Origin: Candidatus Micrarchaeia archaeon
GTDB taxonomy: Archaea > Micrarchaeota > Micrarchaeia > CABMEP01
NCBI GenBank assembly: GCA_038886535.1
Contig: JAVZXS010000001.1
Location: forward strand, 128,001-192,000
DNA: 64,000 bases
Direction: 5' to 3'
In this document: positions 49,355-58,708 of the stretch, piece by piece
How positions within the stretch are numbered: position 1 is the stretch's first letter
Layout of the letters: every line of letters begins with the position of its first letter
Notes under the pieces: generated by a model
Seen by the model: the letters and a program-made list of their open reading frames with translations, nothing else
What the model was told of the DNA's origin: nothing
The model's database searches: none
Translations under genes and position numbers: made by a program

Positions 49355-50203
49355 ATGCATTCAAAGAAAAAATACAAAAGAGGATATGTAATATCACTTG
49401 CAGTAGTAACTATACTTCTTATTCTATCTATTCTTGCAATTCAAATACTAAACTATAGGTATTCACAATATTCAATATTAAGGAATCAGATATTTTTAGA
49501 TAAAACAGGATTCGTAGTTGATGACGTTCTTATGGATGTGAAAAAAATCCTTTCTGTTAATCAAGCTTCAAATTCATCTATAGTTACAATATTTGAAAAC
49601 TATAGCTATGTGAAGTCATCGTTTCTTTCAAATGAGCAATCAAGATTAAATGAATTTTCAAATCTTACTGGAATGAACATATCCTTCATTCCACCCTCTC
49701 CTTCAAGTGTTCTAAATATATCATTTGATAATGGAATGGTTTATATTACAAATGAAACAGATGCCAACAATAAAGAGATCAAAATATATAATTTTAGCGG
49801 CACCAATCTGAACGTATCTTCATATAAAATTAATATAATCTCAAACACGACAAGAGGTTCTTATACCGAACCAACAAACGCACCCTCAGGAATCTCCATT
49901 ACAATAAATTATACAGACCCAATCTCTGCAAAATCATTTACATCTACAAGAATTTTAGATCCATCCACTCTAAATACTTGGAGAATAAATATGCCAACCC
50001 CATCTCAGAATATCACAATAAGTTTTGGCCTTATTGATGGGAAGGCAAACTCGCTTTCAGTTAGACAATATAGCGTAAATGCGATATCATCAATAAAAAC
50101 AGAGGTAAATATTACAAAACAAGATGTAGGAGGCAATTACAATATATTTCTAAATGTGACTACAATGAATTCATTTTATTCAGATTATCTTAGAATAAGA
50201 TAA
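49355..50203 (+). CDS. Minor pilin-like protein
   Basis: KRG|YVISL plus hydrophobic helix, sequon-rich. Confidence 0.65.
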   Translation: MHSKKKYKRGYVISLAVVTILLILSILAIQILNYRYSQYSILRNQIFLDKTGFVVDDVLMDVKKILSVNQASNSSIVTIFENYSYVKSSFLSNEQSRLNEFSNLTGMNISFIPPSPSSVLNISFDNGMVYITNETDANNKEIKIYNFSGTNLNVSSYKINIISNTTRGSYTEPTNAPSGISITINYTDPISAKSFTSTRILDPSTLNTWRINMPTPSQNITISFGLIDGKANSLSVRQYSVNAISSIKTEVNITKQDVGGNYNIFLNVTTMNSFYSDYLRIR

Positions 50204-50378
50204 ATCTTTCATCTTTACATTACTCACTCCATCTTCTAATATAATAAGCTTTATAAAGTTTAATACAATAATATATACAGCTCTTTTTCTAGAGCAGCTT
50301 TTACTATAACCTTTATTATCTATATGTGGTTATGGTTTAAGGTTTTGTAAATAAAATGTTTATTAGGAGGGATATGTT

Positions 50379-51650
50379 ATGGCAGCAAAAGAACACATGA
50401 ATTTGATCTTTATAGGACACGTTGACCATGGTAAGTCAACAACAGTAGGTAGAGTCCTATACGATACAGGAGCTCTCTCTGAGCAGGAACTAAAGAAGCT
50501 CAAAGAGGAAGCAGCAAAGCTAGGAAAGGCAACATTCGAATTTGCATTTGCAATGGATAGATTGAAGGAAGAAAGAGAGAGAGGAGTTACAATAGACATT
50601 GCACACAAGGAATTCGAAACACCAAAGTATCATTTTACAATCATCGATGCACCAGGACACAAAGACTTCGTTAAAAACATGATTACAGGAGCATCACAGG
50701 CTGATGCAGCTGTTCTTGTTTGTTCTGCAAAGGATGGAATCCAACAACAGACAAGAGAACACGCATTCTTGGCAAAGGTACTTGGTATCAACCAACTTAT
50801 AGTTGCAATCAACAAGATGGATGCAGTTGGCTATGATAGAGTCAAATTCGAAGATCTTAAGAAACAGCTTCAAACATTCTTACAGACTATTGGATTCAAG
50901 CCAGAAGCAATGCAATTTATCCCAATCTCTGCTTATGAAGGAGAGAATGTAGGTAAAAAAACAACAAAGATGGAATGGTATCAGGGAGATAATCTTGTAG
51001 CTGCATTTGACAAGCTTGTTCCACCAAAGAGATTAATTGATAAGCCACTCAGACTTCCAGTTCAGGAAGTATTCACAATCACTGGTTTCGGTACAGTTCC
51101 AGTAGGAAGAGTGGAAACAGGAGTTCTCAAGCCAGGAGACAAGGTCATCTTCATGCCATCAAACAAAGTGGCAGAAGTAAAATCAATTGAAATGCACCAC
51201 CAGCAATTACAACAGGCAGTGCCAGGAGACAATATAGGTTTCAACGTAAAGGGTGTTGACAAGACAGAAATCAGCAGAGGAGATGTTGTAGGACCTGTTT
51301 CAAACCCACCAACAGTGGTTGATACATTCACTGCACAGATTGTGGTATTAAACCACCCAACTGCAATAGCTGTCAACTATACTCCAGTCTTCCATGCTCA
51401 CACTGCGCAATTCGCAGGTACATTCGTTGAGCTTATAGAAAAGAAGGATCCAAAGACAGGCCAGACATTACAAAAGAACCCAGACTTCATAAAGACTGGT
51501 GATGTTGCAGTCGTTAAGATTAAACCATTAAAGAATGTATGTCTTGAGAAATACAGTGAATTCCCACCACTTGGAAGATTCGCAATAAGAGATATGGGTC
51601 AAACAGTTGCAGCAGGAGTAGTTCTTGATATAGTTCCAAAGAAACTATAA
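50379..51650 (+). CDS. tuf: Translation elongation factor EF-1 alpha
   Basis: [36 protein letters not shown]. Confidence 0.97.
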   Translation: MAAKEHMNLIFIGHVDHGKSTTVGRVLYDTGALSEQELKKLKEEAAKLGKATFEFAFAMDRLKEERERGVTIDIAHKEFETPKYHFTIIDAPGHKDFVKNMITGASQADAAVLVCSAKDGIQQQTREHAFLAKVLGINQLIVAINKMDAVGYDRVKFEDLKKQLQTFLQTIGFKPEAMQFIPISAYEGENVGKKTTKMEWYQGDNLVAAFDKLVPPKRLIDKPLRLPVQEVFTITGFGTVPVGRVETGVLKPGDKVIFMPSNKVAEVKSIEMHHQQLQQAVPGDNIGFNVKGVDKTEISRGDVVGPVSNPPTVVDTFTAQIVVLNHPTAIAVNYTPVFHAHTAQFAGTFVELIEKKDPKTGQTLQKNPDFIKTGDVAVVKIKPLKNVCLEKYSEFPPLGRFAIRDMGQTVAAGVVLDIVPKKL

Positions 51651-51683
51651 TTTTAGTTTCTTTATTTTAAAAATGTGATTGGA

Positions 51684-51989
51684 ATGGGAAAGGCAAGAAT
51701 AAAGCTTATTGGAAGGGACCCAAAAGAACTAGATGAAGTCTCTAAGCAAATAGTTGAGATAGCAAAGAGTGCGGGCGTTCCTACCAGCGGCCCAATCCCA
51801 CTCCCAACCAAGAAGCTTTTCGTAGCAACAAGAAAGACTCCTTGTGGTGATGGTTCAGACACCTATGAAAGATGGCAGATGAGGCTCTACAAGAGACTCA
51901 TTGAGATAGGGGGAGATGAAAGAACTCTCCGCCAGATCATGAGAGTAAAGGTGCCTGACACTGTAAAGATAGAGATAACAATTAGCTAA
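51684..51989 (+). CDS. rps10: Ribosomal protein uS10
   Basis: GPIPLPTK, RKTPCGDGS, KRLI. Confidence 0.95.
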   Translation: MGKARIKLIGRDPKELDEVSKQIVEIAKSAGVPTSGPIPLPTKKLFVATRKTPCGDGSDTYERWQMRLYKRLIEIGGDERTLRQIMRVKVPDTVKIEITIS

Positions 51990-52030
51990 GTTACTTAGCT
52001 AATTTCGTTTCTTTTTTTATTTATTTTTAT
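51980..52030 (+). terminator. 12-bp inverted repeat followed by T-rich tract after rps10
   Basis: AATTAGCTAAGT-T-ACTTAGCTAATT then TTTCTTTTTTT. Confidence 0.55.
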
Positions 52031-52144
52031 TTTATTCATGTTATTTATTCGTTTTTTATATTAGCTATCTTATTGGATTGTTATTCGGCTATGCAAAATT
52101 AGGTTTAAATTCTTTTAGTGATAAATATATCTATCAATTCTAAT

Positions 52145-52230
52145 GCCGGGGTGGCTGAACGGTAAGGCGCTAGCCTTGAGAGCTAGTCCCGCTCTGCGGG
52201 TTGCGAGTTCGAATCTCGTCCCCGGCGCCA
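52145..52230 (+). tRNA. tRNA-Ser(TGA), CCA encoded
   Basis: GCCGGGG/CCCCGGC, CTAGC-CT-TGA-GA-GCTAG, long variable arm, G discriminator plus CCA. Confidence 0.95.
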
Positions 52231-52275
52231 TTTATTTTTATTTAGTTATTCTTTAACCTTGTTAACTTATTTTAT

Positions 52276-53556
52276 TTATTTTTTCAATCCAAAAACAACT
52301 CGTTTCTTTCCTTCTTTTAATTCCTCTTCTATTCTTAAGAGTCTATTATATTTTGCAGTTCTTTCTCCTCTGGCTGGTGCACCAGTTTTTATCTGTCCGC
52401 ACCCTAGTGCAACAGTAAGATCTGCTATGAATGTATCTTCAGTTTCACCACTTCTATGACTTACAACTACTCCGTAATCGCTGTTCATTGCTATCCTTGC
52501 AGCATTTATAGCCTCTGTAAGTGTGCCTATCTGATTTACTTTAAGAAGAAGCGCATTCGCAGCCTTTGCGTTTATGCCTTTCCTTAGTAGATTAATATTA
52601 GATACAAAACAATCATCACCAACTATTTGAACATCCTTTCCGCTTTCTCTGGTGAATCTGCTTAAGAGTTCCCATTCTCCTTCGTCAAATGGATCTTCTA
52701 TAGAGATGATTGGATATCTTTTTATCAATTCCTGATATTTTCTCATCAATTCTATTCCAGAGATTGTTTTTCCATCTATTCTATAGTATCCAAGCTCATG
52801 GAAAGATGAAGCTGCAGCGTCCAATGCAATAAATATCTTCTTTTGATATCCTGCCTCCTCTATAGCCTTCATAAGGAAATCCAACGCTTCCTCAGTTGTT
52901 CTTATCTGTGGAGCATATCCGCCTTCATCACCCACATTCCTTCCACTTTGCCCGTATTTTTTGACTATAAGATTTCCTAATATATGATAGACCTCTACTC
53001 CAGCTCTTAGCGCTTCTGAAAATGAATCAAAATTCTTCGGTACAATCATAAATTCCTGAATCGCAAGCCCGCTTCCGGCATGCTTTCCTCCATTTATTAC
53101 ATTCATCATTGGCACAGGCATTATTCTTGCATTTGGATTTAGATATCTGTAGATTGGAATTCCAACTGTATTCGCTGCTGCAGAACAAACAGCTAAGGAA
53201 ATCGCTGTTGTGGTGTTACCTCCAACTTTAGATTTCTGTTCTCCTCCCATTTCGATAAGAATCTTATCAATCTTATTTTGTTCACGTACATCCATTCCCT
53301 TAAGTCTTTTCTTAATCTCTGCAACTTTCTTGATCGCTTTTTTAACTCCTTTACCAAGAAATCTTTTATCATTATCTCTAAGCTCTAATGCTTCATTTTT
53401 ACCTGTTGAAGCCCCAGAAGGAGCAACCCCTCTTCCGCATCCTGATTTAGTGAATACATCTACCTCTATAGTGGGATTTCCTCTTGAATCTAATATCTCT
53501 CTAGCCTTCATATCTATTATCCTATATTCTTTATCTGTTTCAGATCCTGTTTTCAT
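52276..53556 (-). CDS. eno: Enolase
   Basis: AREILDSRGNPTIEV, PSGASTG, GDEGG, LLKVNQIGT, SHRSGETED, IKTGAP; start trimmed to avoid rad50 overlap. Confidence 0.95.
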   Translation of the reverse strand: MKTGSETDKEYRIIDMKAREILDSRGNPTIEVDVFTKSGCGRGVAPSGASTGKNEALELRDNDKRFLGKGVKKAIKKVAEIKKRLKGMDVREQNKIDKILIEMGGEQKSKVGGNTTTAISLAVCSAAANTVGIPIYRYLNPNARIMPVPMMNVINGGKHAGSGLAIQEFMIVPKNFDSFSEALRAGVEVYHILGNLIVKKYGQSGRNVGDEGGYAPQIRTTEEALDFLMKAIEEAGYQKKIFIALDAAASSFHELGYYRIDGKTISGIELMRKYQELIKRYPIISIEDPFDEGEWELLSRFTRESGKDVQIVGDDCFVSNINLLRKGINAKAANALLLKVNQIGTLTEAINAARIAMNSDYGVVVSHRSGETEDTFIADLTVALGCGQIKTGAPARGERTAKYNRLLRIEEELKEGKKRVVFGLKK

Positions 53557-53602
53557 AAGATCAACCTTTTCCTTTTCATTAAGTAAGAAATAAATATCAG
53601 TT

Positions 53603-55939
53603 TTATTCCAAGGGCGGGGTGGGTACAGTGATTTCTTCAAGTTCTTCAACCATGCTTGTCTCATTCATCTCTGGATGCCTCATTACTCTTACAAGTTTTC
53701 CGCTTGCAGCTTCCTTCATAAGCTCGTCATGCGTTATTACAAATGTCTGTTCAACTATTTGCGGTATATGGTCTCTTAATGTCTCTGCCAAAGTGCTTAC
53801 TGCTTCCTCATCCAAATTGTGAGTAGGTTCATCAAGTATTAGCCAGCTTAGATTAGGTGTAAGCACCATGGCAAATGCGATTCTTAATGCCAAGCATGCG
53901 AGCGCTCTTTCTCCACCTGACCCTATTCCGTCCACGCTTATGTAATCATTATTATACTTGAACATCAATTCATAGTCATTCTCAGAAGGTATGAGCTTTA
54001 TCAATTCGTAGTCAGAATAAGGATATACTTTCTTCCATATAGTGGCAAGCGCTTCATTTATTGATTCGATTAGTTCTTCTCTTAGATCATGCTGGGTCTC
54101 TACAATCGCAGTTGAGAATATCTGCAGCTCTGATATCAGTTCAGTATATAATTGGATTTCCTTAGTGTATTCTTTTATCTCTTCCATTCGTTTCTTCTTC
54201 TCTTCAAGCATTTTTATTAGGTATTTTTCTTTCTCAATTCCTTGCTCTATTTTTGATTTTATTTCTGCGCATTTTATACTTAATTCAGTTAGTTCTTTAT
54301 TCTCTTTCTCCCAAATATCTTCACTAAATTTTATATTTGAAATTTCTCTTTCTTTTTCAGCAAGACTTTGCGTTATCAAATTTAATTTCTGTTTCTTATT
54401 TTCTAGTTCCTTAATCCTCTCATATTTCTTTGTTATTTCCAGGTATTCATTGTTTATTGTTTTCAATTTTTCTTCTAATGATTTTCTTTTTTCATTTATA
54501 GATTCGATTTCTTTTTCTATCTGAGAGATTTTATTTCTGTATTCTATTTCTTTTTCTTCAACTCCTTCATACTCTGATAATAATGAGATTATTTTCTCTG
54601 CAGATTCTACATTTATTCGTAAAGATTCTTTTTGCTTTGTCAGTTCATTTATTTCTTTTTCAACCTTTGAGATCTCGTCTTGCATGCCTTTCTTCATTCC
54701 TTCCTTTTTGTTTATAAGCTCTTCTTTATGCTTGTCATTCAATTCAGAGTCACAAACAGGACAATGAGCACCCGCACTTCTTAATTCGCGAATTGATTTT
54801 TCAATCTCTGCAATTTCTGCCTTCAAGTTTGATTGTTTTTCTTTCAGCTTGTTCAGAGTTTCTTCATCCTTTGATAATCTAACCTTTAAGTTTTCAATGC
54901 TTTCATTTTTCAAATACAAATTCAATTTATTTTTTAAATCCGCCTTTATGCTTTTTTTCTTATCTATATTGTTTATCTCTGATTTCAAGAATGCATGCTG
55001 TTTAGTTACTTCTCTGTTTTCTGATTCTATTTCCATTTTTTCCTTTTCCAGCTTTTCTTTTTCATTTTTCTTACTGTTTAGAATAATTTCAATCTCTTTT
55101 AAACTCTCTTTTATTTCAGAAGAAGAAATTTCTTTTTCAAGCAATTCTTTGTTATGTTTTAGCCCAGTGATTTCATTTTGAAGTTTCCTGAATTTTTCCA
55201 TTTGTGCTTTAAGTTCATTAACTATTTTTTCCTTTTCATTTTTTAACTTCATTTGATTCTGAAATTCTGTATTGTATTTTTCGTTTTCTTTTTTGTTTTC
55301 AACATTTTCTATTTCTAATTTTTCAATCTCCTGACTGATTTTTGATGCATCTATATTTCTTATGAACGTTTCTTTATCACTTTTCATATTTTTTAGCCTT
55401 GATATAACAGTTGTTATATTTTTTCTTGCAATTTCAAACTTGTCAATTCCTATCAATTCATCTATTTGTCTTTTTCTTTCCCCTCTTCCTAAAGTTAAGA
55501 AATAATCAATTCTATTTTGTTCAGAATAAATTGCTCTTGTGAATAGTTCATAGTCTATTTCAAGAAGATGGGATATATAATCAGATACTCTTTCAGATTG
55601 AGGTCCCTCGATCCGGGTAGTACCTTTAAATATTTCAGCTTCACTTCCACCTTTTTTCTTTATCCTTCTTATGACTTTGTACTCTTCTCCTTTATGTTCA
55701 AATACCAAAGTAACTTCCGCTTCATTTTCTTCTTTCGGTCTATTTTTAATGAAATCAGTTATTTTCAATCTTCTGTGTTGTACTGCAGGAGTTGTGCCAA
55801 ACAAAGCAAAACAAATACCATCAATAATACTGCTTTTTCCACCACCCATTCTGCCTACTATTATATTTGTTCCTCTAGAGAAATTAATAGTGCTTAATGA
55901 ATGTGATCTCCAGTTTTTTAACGTTATGCTTTTTATCAT
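53603..55939 (-). CDS. rad50: Rad50-like SMC-family ATPase
   Basis: GRMGGGKSS, Q-loop, coiled coil with CPVC zinc hook, GSGGE signature, LDEPTHNLD, ITH. Confidence 0.88.
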   Translation of the reverse strand: MIKSITLKNWRSHSLSTINFSRGTNIIVGRMGGGKSSIIDGICFALFGTTPAVQHRRLKITDFIKNRPKEENEAEVTLVFEHKGEEYKVIRRIKKKGGSEAEIFKGTTRIEGPQSERVSDYISHLLEIDYELFTRAIYSEQNRIDYFLTLGRGERKRQIDELIGIDKFEIARKNITTVISRLKNMKSDKETFIRNIDASKISQEIEKLEIENVENKKENEKYNTEFQNQMKLKNEKEKIVNELKAQMEKFRKLQNEITGLKHNKELLEKEISSSEIKESLKEIEIILNSKKNEKEKLEKEKMEIESENREVTKQHAFLKSEINNIDKKKSIKADLKNKLNLYLKNESIENLKVRLSKDEETLNKLKEKQSNLKAEIAEIEKSIRELRSAGAHCPVCDSELNDKHKEELINKKEGMKKGMQDEISKVEKEINELTKQKESLRINVESAEKIISLLSEYEGVEEKEIEYRNKISQIEKEIESINEKRKSLEEKLKTINNEYLEITKKYERIKELENKKQKLNLITQSLAEKEREISNIKFSEDIWEKENKELTELSIKCAEIKSKIEQGIEKEKYLIKMLEEKKKRMEEIKEYTKEIQLYTELISELQIFSTAIVETQHDLREELIESINEALATIWKKVYPYSDYELIKLIPSENDYELMFKYNNDYISVDGIGSGGERALACLALRIAFAMVLTPNLSWLILDEPTHNLDEEAVSTLAETLRDHIPQIVEQTFVITHDELMKEAASGKLVRVMRHPEMNETSMVEELEEITVPTPPLE

Positions 55940-56032
55940 TTGCTCACTTGCGGTAGTAATAGATAAATATTCTTATTTAAATATCTATTTTATAAAATAA
56001 GTATTAAAAGTATTCTATAGTAAGATTCCATT

Positions 56033-56593
56033 ATGCAGAAAGAGAATCTTAATACCGTAGGAAAGAAGTTTCTAGTGGACATAATGCTAATAAAACTAGG
56101 AAGATGGTTGAGAATACTTGGCTATGACTGCAAGATTCCAAAAGAGAGTGAAATAGAAGATGAAGATTTATTGGATATTGCAGAGAAGGAAAATAGAACA
56201 TTGATAACGATGGACAGATCTCTTTCCAAAAGAAAAACAAAAACAAGTATAATCTATATTCCTTCAGAATTTAATTCAGTAAAAGCACAACTTGAATTTT
56301 TAATTAAAAACAAATATATCGCTAATCCGATAGTTGGAGGAAATATCGAAGAAAGAGTCGAATCATTAGTAAGATGTTCAAAATGCGGTTCAATTCTTTT
56401 TGAGATAACGAAAGAAGAATTAAATGATATATACAAAAAGAAAATAGAAAAAAATAAAAGAGAGGATATTGATAAAGCCTTATCGTCCTATAATCTGTTT
56501 TGGATTTGTAAAAACTGCCATCAGATATACTGGAAAGGTAGTCACTGGAAGAAAATTATTGAATTTTTGTCAAAACTAGAAGTAAAAGATTAA
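56033..56593 (+). CDS. Mut7-C RNase (PIN-like) domain protein with zinc ribbon
   Basis: FLVDIMLIKLGRWLRILGYD, RCSKCG, CKNCHQIYWKGSHW. Confidence 0.85.
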   Translation: MQKENLNTVGKKFLVDIMLIKLGRWLRILGYDCKIPKESEIEDEDLLDIAEKENRTLITMDRSLSKRKTKTSIIYIPSEFNSVKAQLEFLIKNKYIANPIVGGNIEERVESLVRCSKCGSILFEITKEELNDIYKKKIEKNKREDIDKALSSYNLFWICKNCHQIYWKGSHWKKIIEFLSKLEVKD

Positions 56594-56607
56594 GGAAAAT
56601 TAAAGCT

Positions 56608-57633
56608 CTAAGACACTTCTATGTTTTCATCCCATTTTTTCCATGCCTGTTCTCTTCTTTTCATGTAATCAAAGATAAGATCAGCACACATCCAAGGATT
56701 AACGAAAAATCCTATCTTTTCTTGTAGGTCTTTAGGCAGCTCTTTTTTCCTTATGTGTGTTCCATCCTCTCTCTTTTTCCAGCTTTGTGCTATTCTATAT
56801 ATGTCTATTCCAGGAAGATAGCCATTGCTCTTTGTAGACAAATATGGTTTTTTAAATTTCAGTATCTTTCGAATTAGATTTTTATCATCTTCTGGGACAA
56901 TTGACAATCTCTCCTTTAATGATTCATAAGAAGTAGGATATGGATTGCTATTTTTATCTGCAATTATATTTTCATAATACCAATGATTTCTTAGATAATA
57001 TTCTCCTTGTTGTATTAAGTTTGCAATAAGTGTTGATATGTCTGTCTTTTCTATGTTTTCATGAGATAACAGTTGTGCAGCATATGCATTCCTATATCCA
57101 ATTTCATATGCTGGATATTCAGGGTCATAATCTCGATTCCATTTTCCTTTATACAATGCAGCAAATAATTGATATATCTCTGCCTCGTTTAGGACATCAT
57201 AAAGAGAGTCTGGAAATCCACTGTGTATTTTTAATACATTGTCTATAATAGTCATTCTACTGAATTCATATCCATAGTAAACCCACAATGTTCCTTTTCT
57301 GCATTTATAAACGCACTTTTCATTTCTGTCTCCATCTTTTCTGTCTAGGTTTTCATAAATATTTTTTTCTATTATTCCAAAATTCTTCCTGTGTATTATT
57401 TTTATTTTTGCTTTTTTACCTTCTTCCTTTTTTTCATCTAATATGTTTTCTGCCTTTTCCTCTTTTTCTTTAGTTTCATCTGTTTCTTTCTTGCTATCGT
57501 CCTTTATTATTATTTTTTCATTTATTATTAGATCGGGAAATAGGCTTTCTTGCGATACAATTTTGTATCCTTCTTTTGGCTTGTAAAGGTGAGCGTGATC
57601 GCTCTCCCACCAGTTAATATTCTTTCTTTTCAT
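56608..57633 (-). CDS. Hypothetical protein
   Basis: Long ORF with no recognised motif. Confidence 0.6.
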   Translation of the reverse strand: MKRKNINWWESDHAHLYKPKEGYKIVSQESLFPDLIINEKIIIKDDSKKETDETKEKEEKAENILDEKKEEGKKAKIKIIHRKNFGIIEKNIYENLDRKDGDRNEKCVYKCRKGTLWVYYGYEFSRMTIIDNVLKIHSGFPDSLYDVLNEAEIYQLFAALYKGKWNRDYDPEYPAYEIGYRNAYAAQLLSHENIEKTDISTLIANLIQQGEYYLRNHWYYENIIADKNSNPYPTSYESLKERLSIVPEDDKNLIRKILKFKKPYLSTKSNGYLPGIDIYRIAQSWKKREDGTHIRKKELPKDLQEKIGFFVNPWMCADLIFDYMKRREQAWKKWDENIEVS

Positions 57634-57787
57634 ATTCCTACCATTTTTAATATACATCTATACTCTAGATATAATTTACTATACAACTATCATATATAAG
57701 CTTTTTTATTAATTGTTCTTATTAGTTTCATCAAAATTGTTTTTTCTTTTATTTATGGATTTTAAACTTTTCTTACAATATCTATAT

Positions 57788-58690
57788 ATGAGGAATAAAA
57801 GTCTAGTTGGTGCAAATTACCTCTTCAGCTTGAATGCATTCTTTAAACTAGTAAGAATAGAACATGCGTTAATGTATGCCATTGCAGTGCTTATAGGAGC
57901 AGTTATAGTAGGAGGTATTGAAGCAGTTTCGGTATTTATTTTAATAGGCGCATTGGCCGCTATGTTTCTTGAATTCGGCGCATTTGCGTTAAATGACTAT
58001 ATTGATTTAAAAGCAGATAGGATTAATGGGAGAATTGATAGACCACTAGTTACCGGAGAGATTTCTCCATCTATGGCACTACTGATCGGCTTCTTTTCAT
58101 TTATTTTTGCAAATTTGATTTCTTTTATTTATCTGCCTATCCAGGCGTTTTATATCATATTTTTATTTACTATACTATCTTTACTCTACGACTTCATTCT
58201 TAAGAATTTGCCGCTTATTGGAAATATTATAATCGCACTTACTATGGCAGTTCCATTTTTCTTTGGCGCATTCATTCTAGCATTTGAAAAAAGTATTCCA
58301 TCCACTCAATTCCAGCCTGCATTGTGCCTGTCTGCAATCGCGTTTTTTGTTGGATTAGGCAGAGAAATAATAAAGGACATCGAAGACATGAAGGGAGACC
58401 AGGCTATAGGAGGTAAGACCCTCCCTATTCTTATTGGAAAACGAAACGCTTCTAGATTTGCGGTTTTACTATTTTTTATCAGCATTGTTCTTTCAATTGT
58501 TCCATTCTTTACATTCTTTTCCGGAAGACCTTTGTATCTTACAGTTTTAATAACAGATATAATGCTTGCTGATGTTTCTTTACATGTACTAAAAGATCAA
58601 TCAATTCAAAATTTGAGGAAATCAAGAAAAATGAGTCTTATTGCAATTGGAATAGGATTAATTTCCTTCCTATTAAGTTCAATCTTTTGA
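57788..58690 (+). CDS. UbiA-family prenyltransferase, probable DGGGP synthase
   Basis: NDYIDLKADRIN...RPL, REIIKDIEDMKGD, TLP. Confidence 0.85.
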   Translation: MRNKSLVGANYLFSLNAFFKLVRIEHALMYAIAVLIGAVIVGGIEAVSVFILIGALAAMFLEFGAFALNDYIDLKADRINGRIDRPLVTGEISPSMALLIGFFSFIFANLISFIYLPIQAFYIIFLFTILSLLYDFILKNLPLIGNIIIALTMAVPFFFGAFILAFEKSIPSTQFQPALCLSAIAFFVGLGREIIKDIEDMKGDQAIGGKTLPILIGKRNASRFAVLLFFISIVLSIVPFFTFFSGRPLYLTVLITDIMLADVSLHVLKDQSIQNLRKSRKMSLIAIGIGLISFLLSSIF

Positions 58691-58708
58691 TTTTTATAAA
58701 TTGATTAA

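Noticed and set aside
53557..53664. N-terminal extension of enolase overlapping rad50
   Set aside because: Enolase similarity begins after 53556; the upstream start is an ORF-caller artefact. The same applies to the extended starts of cas1, cas5 and the 2391 ORF
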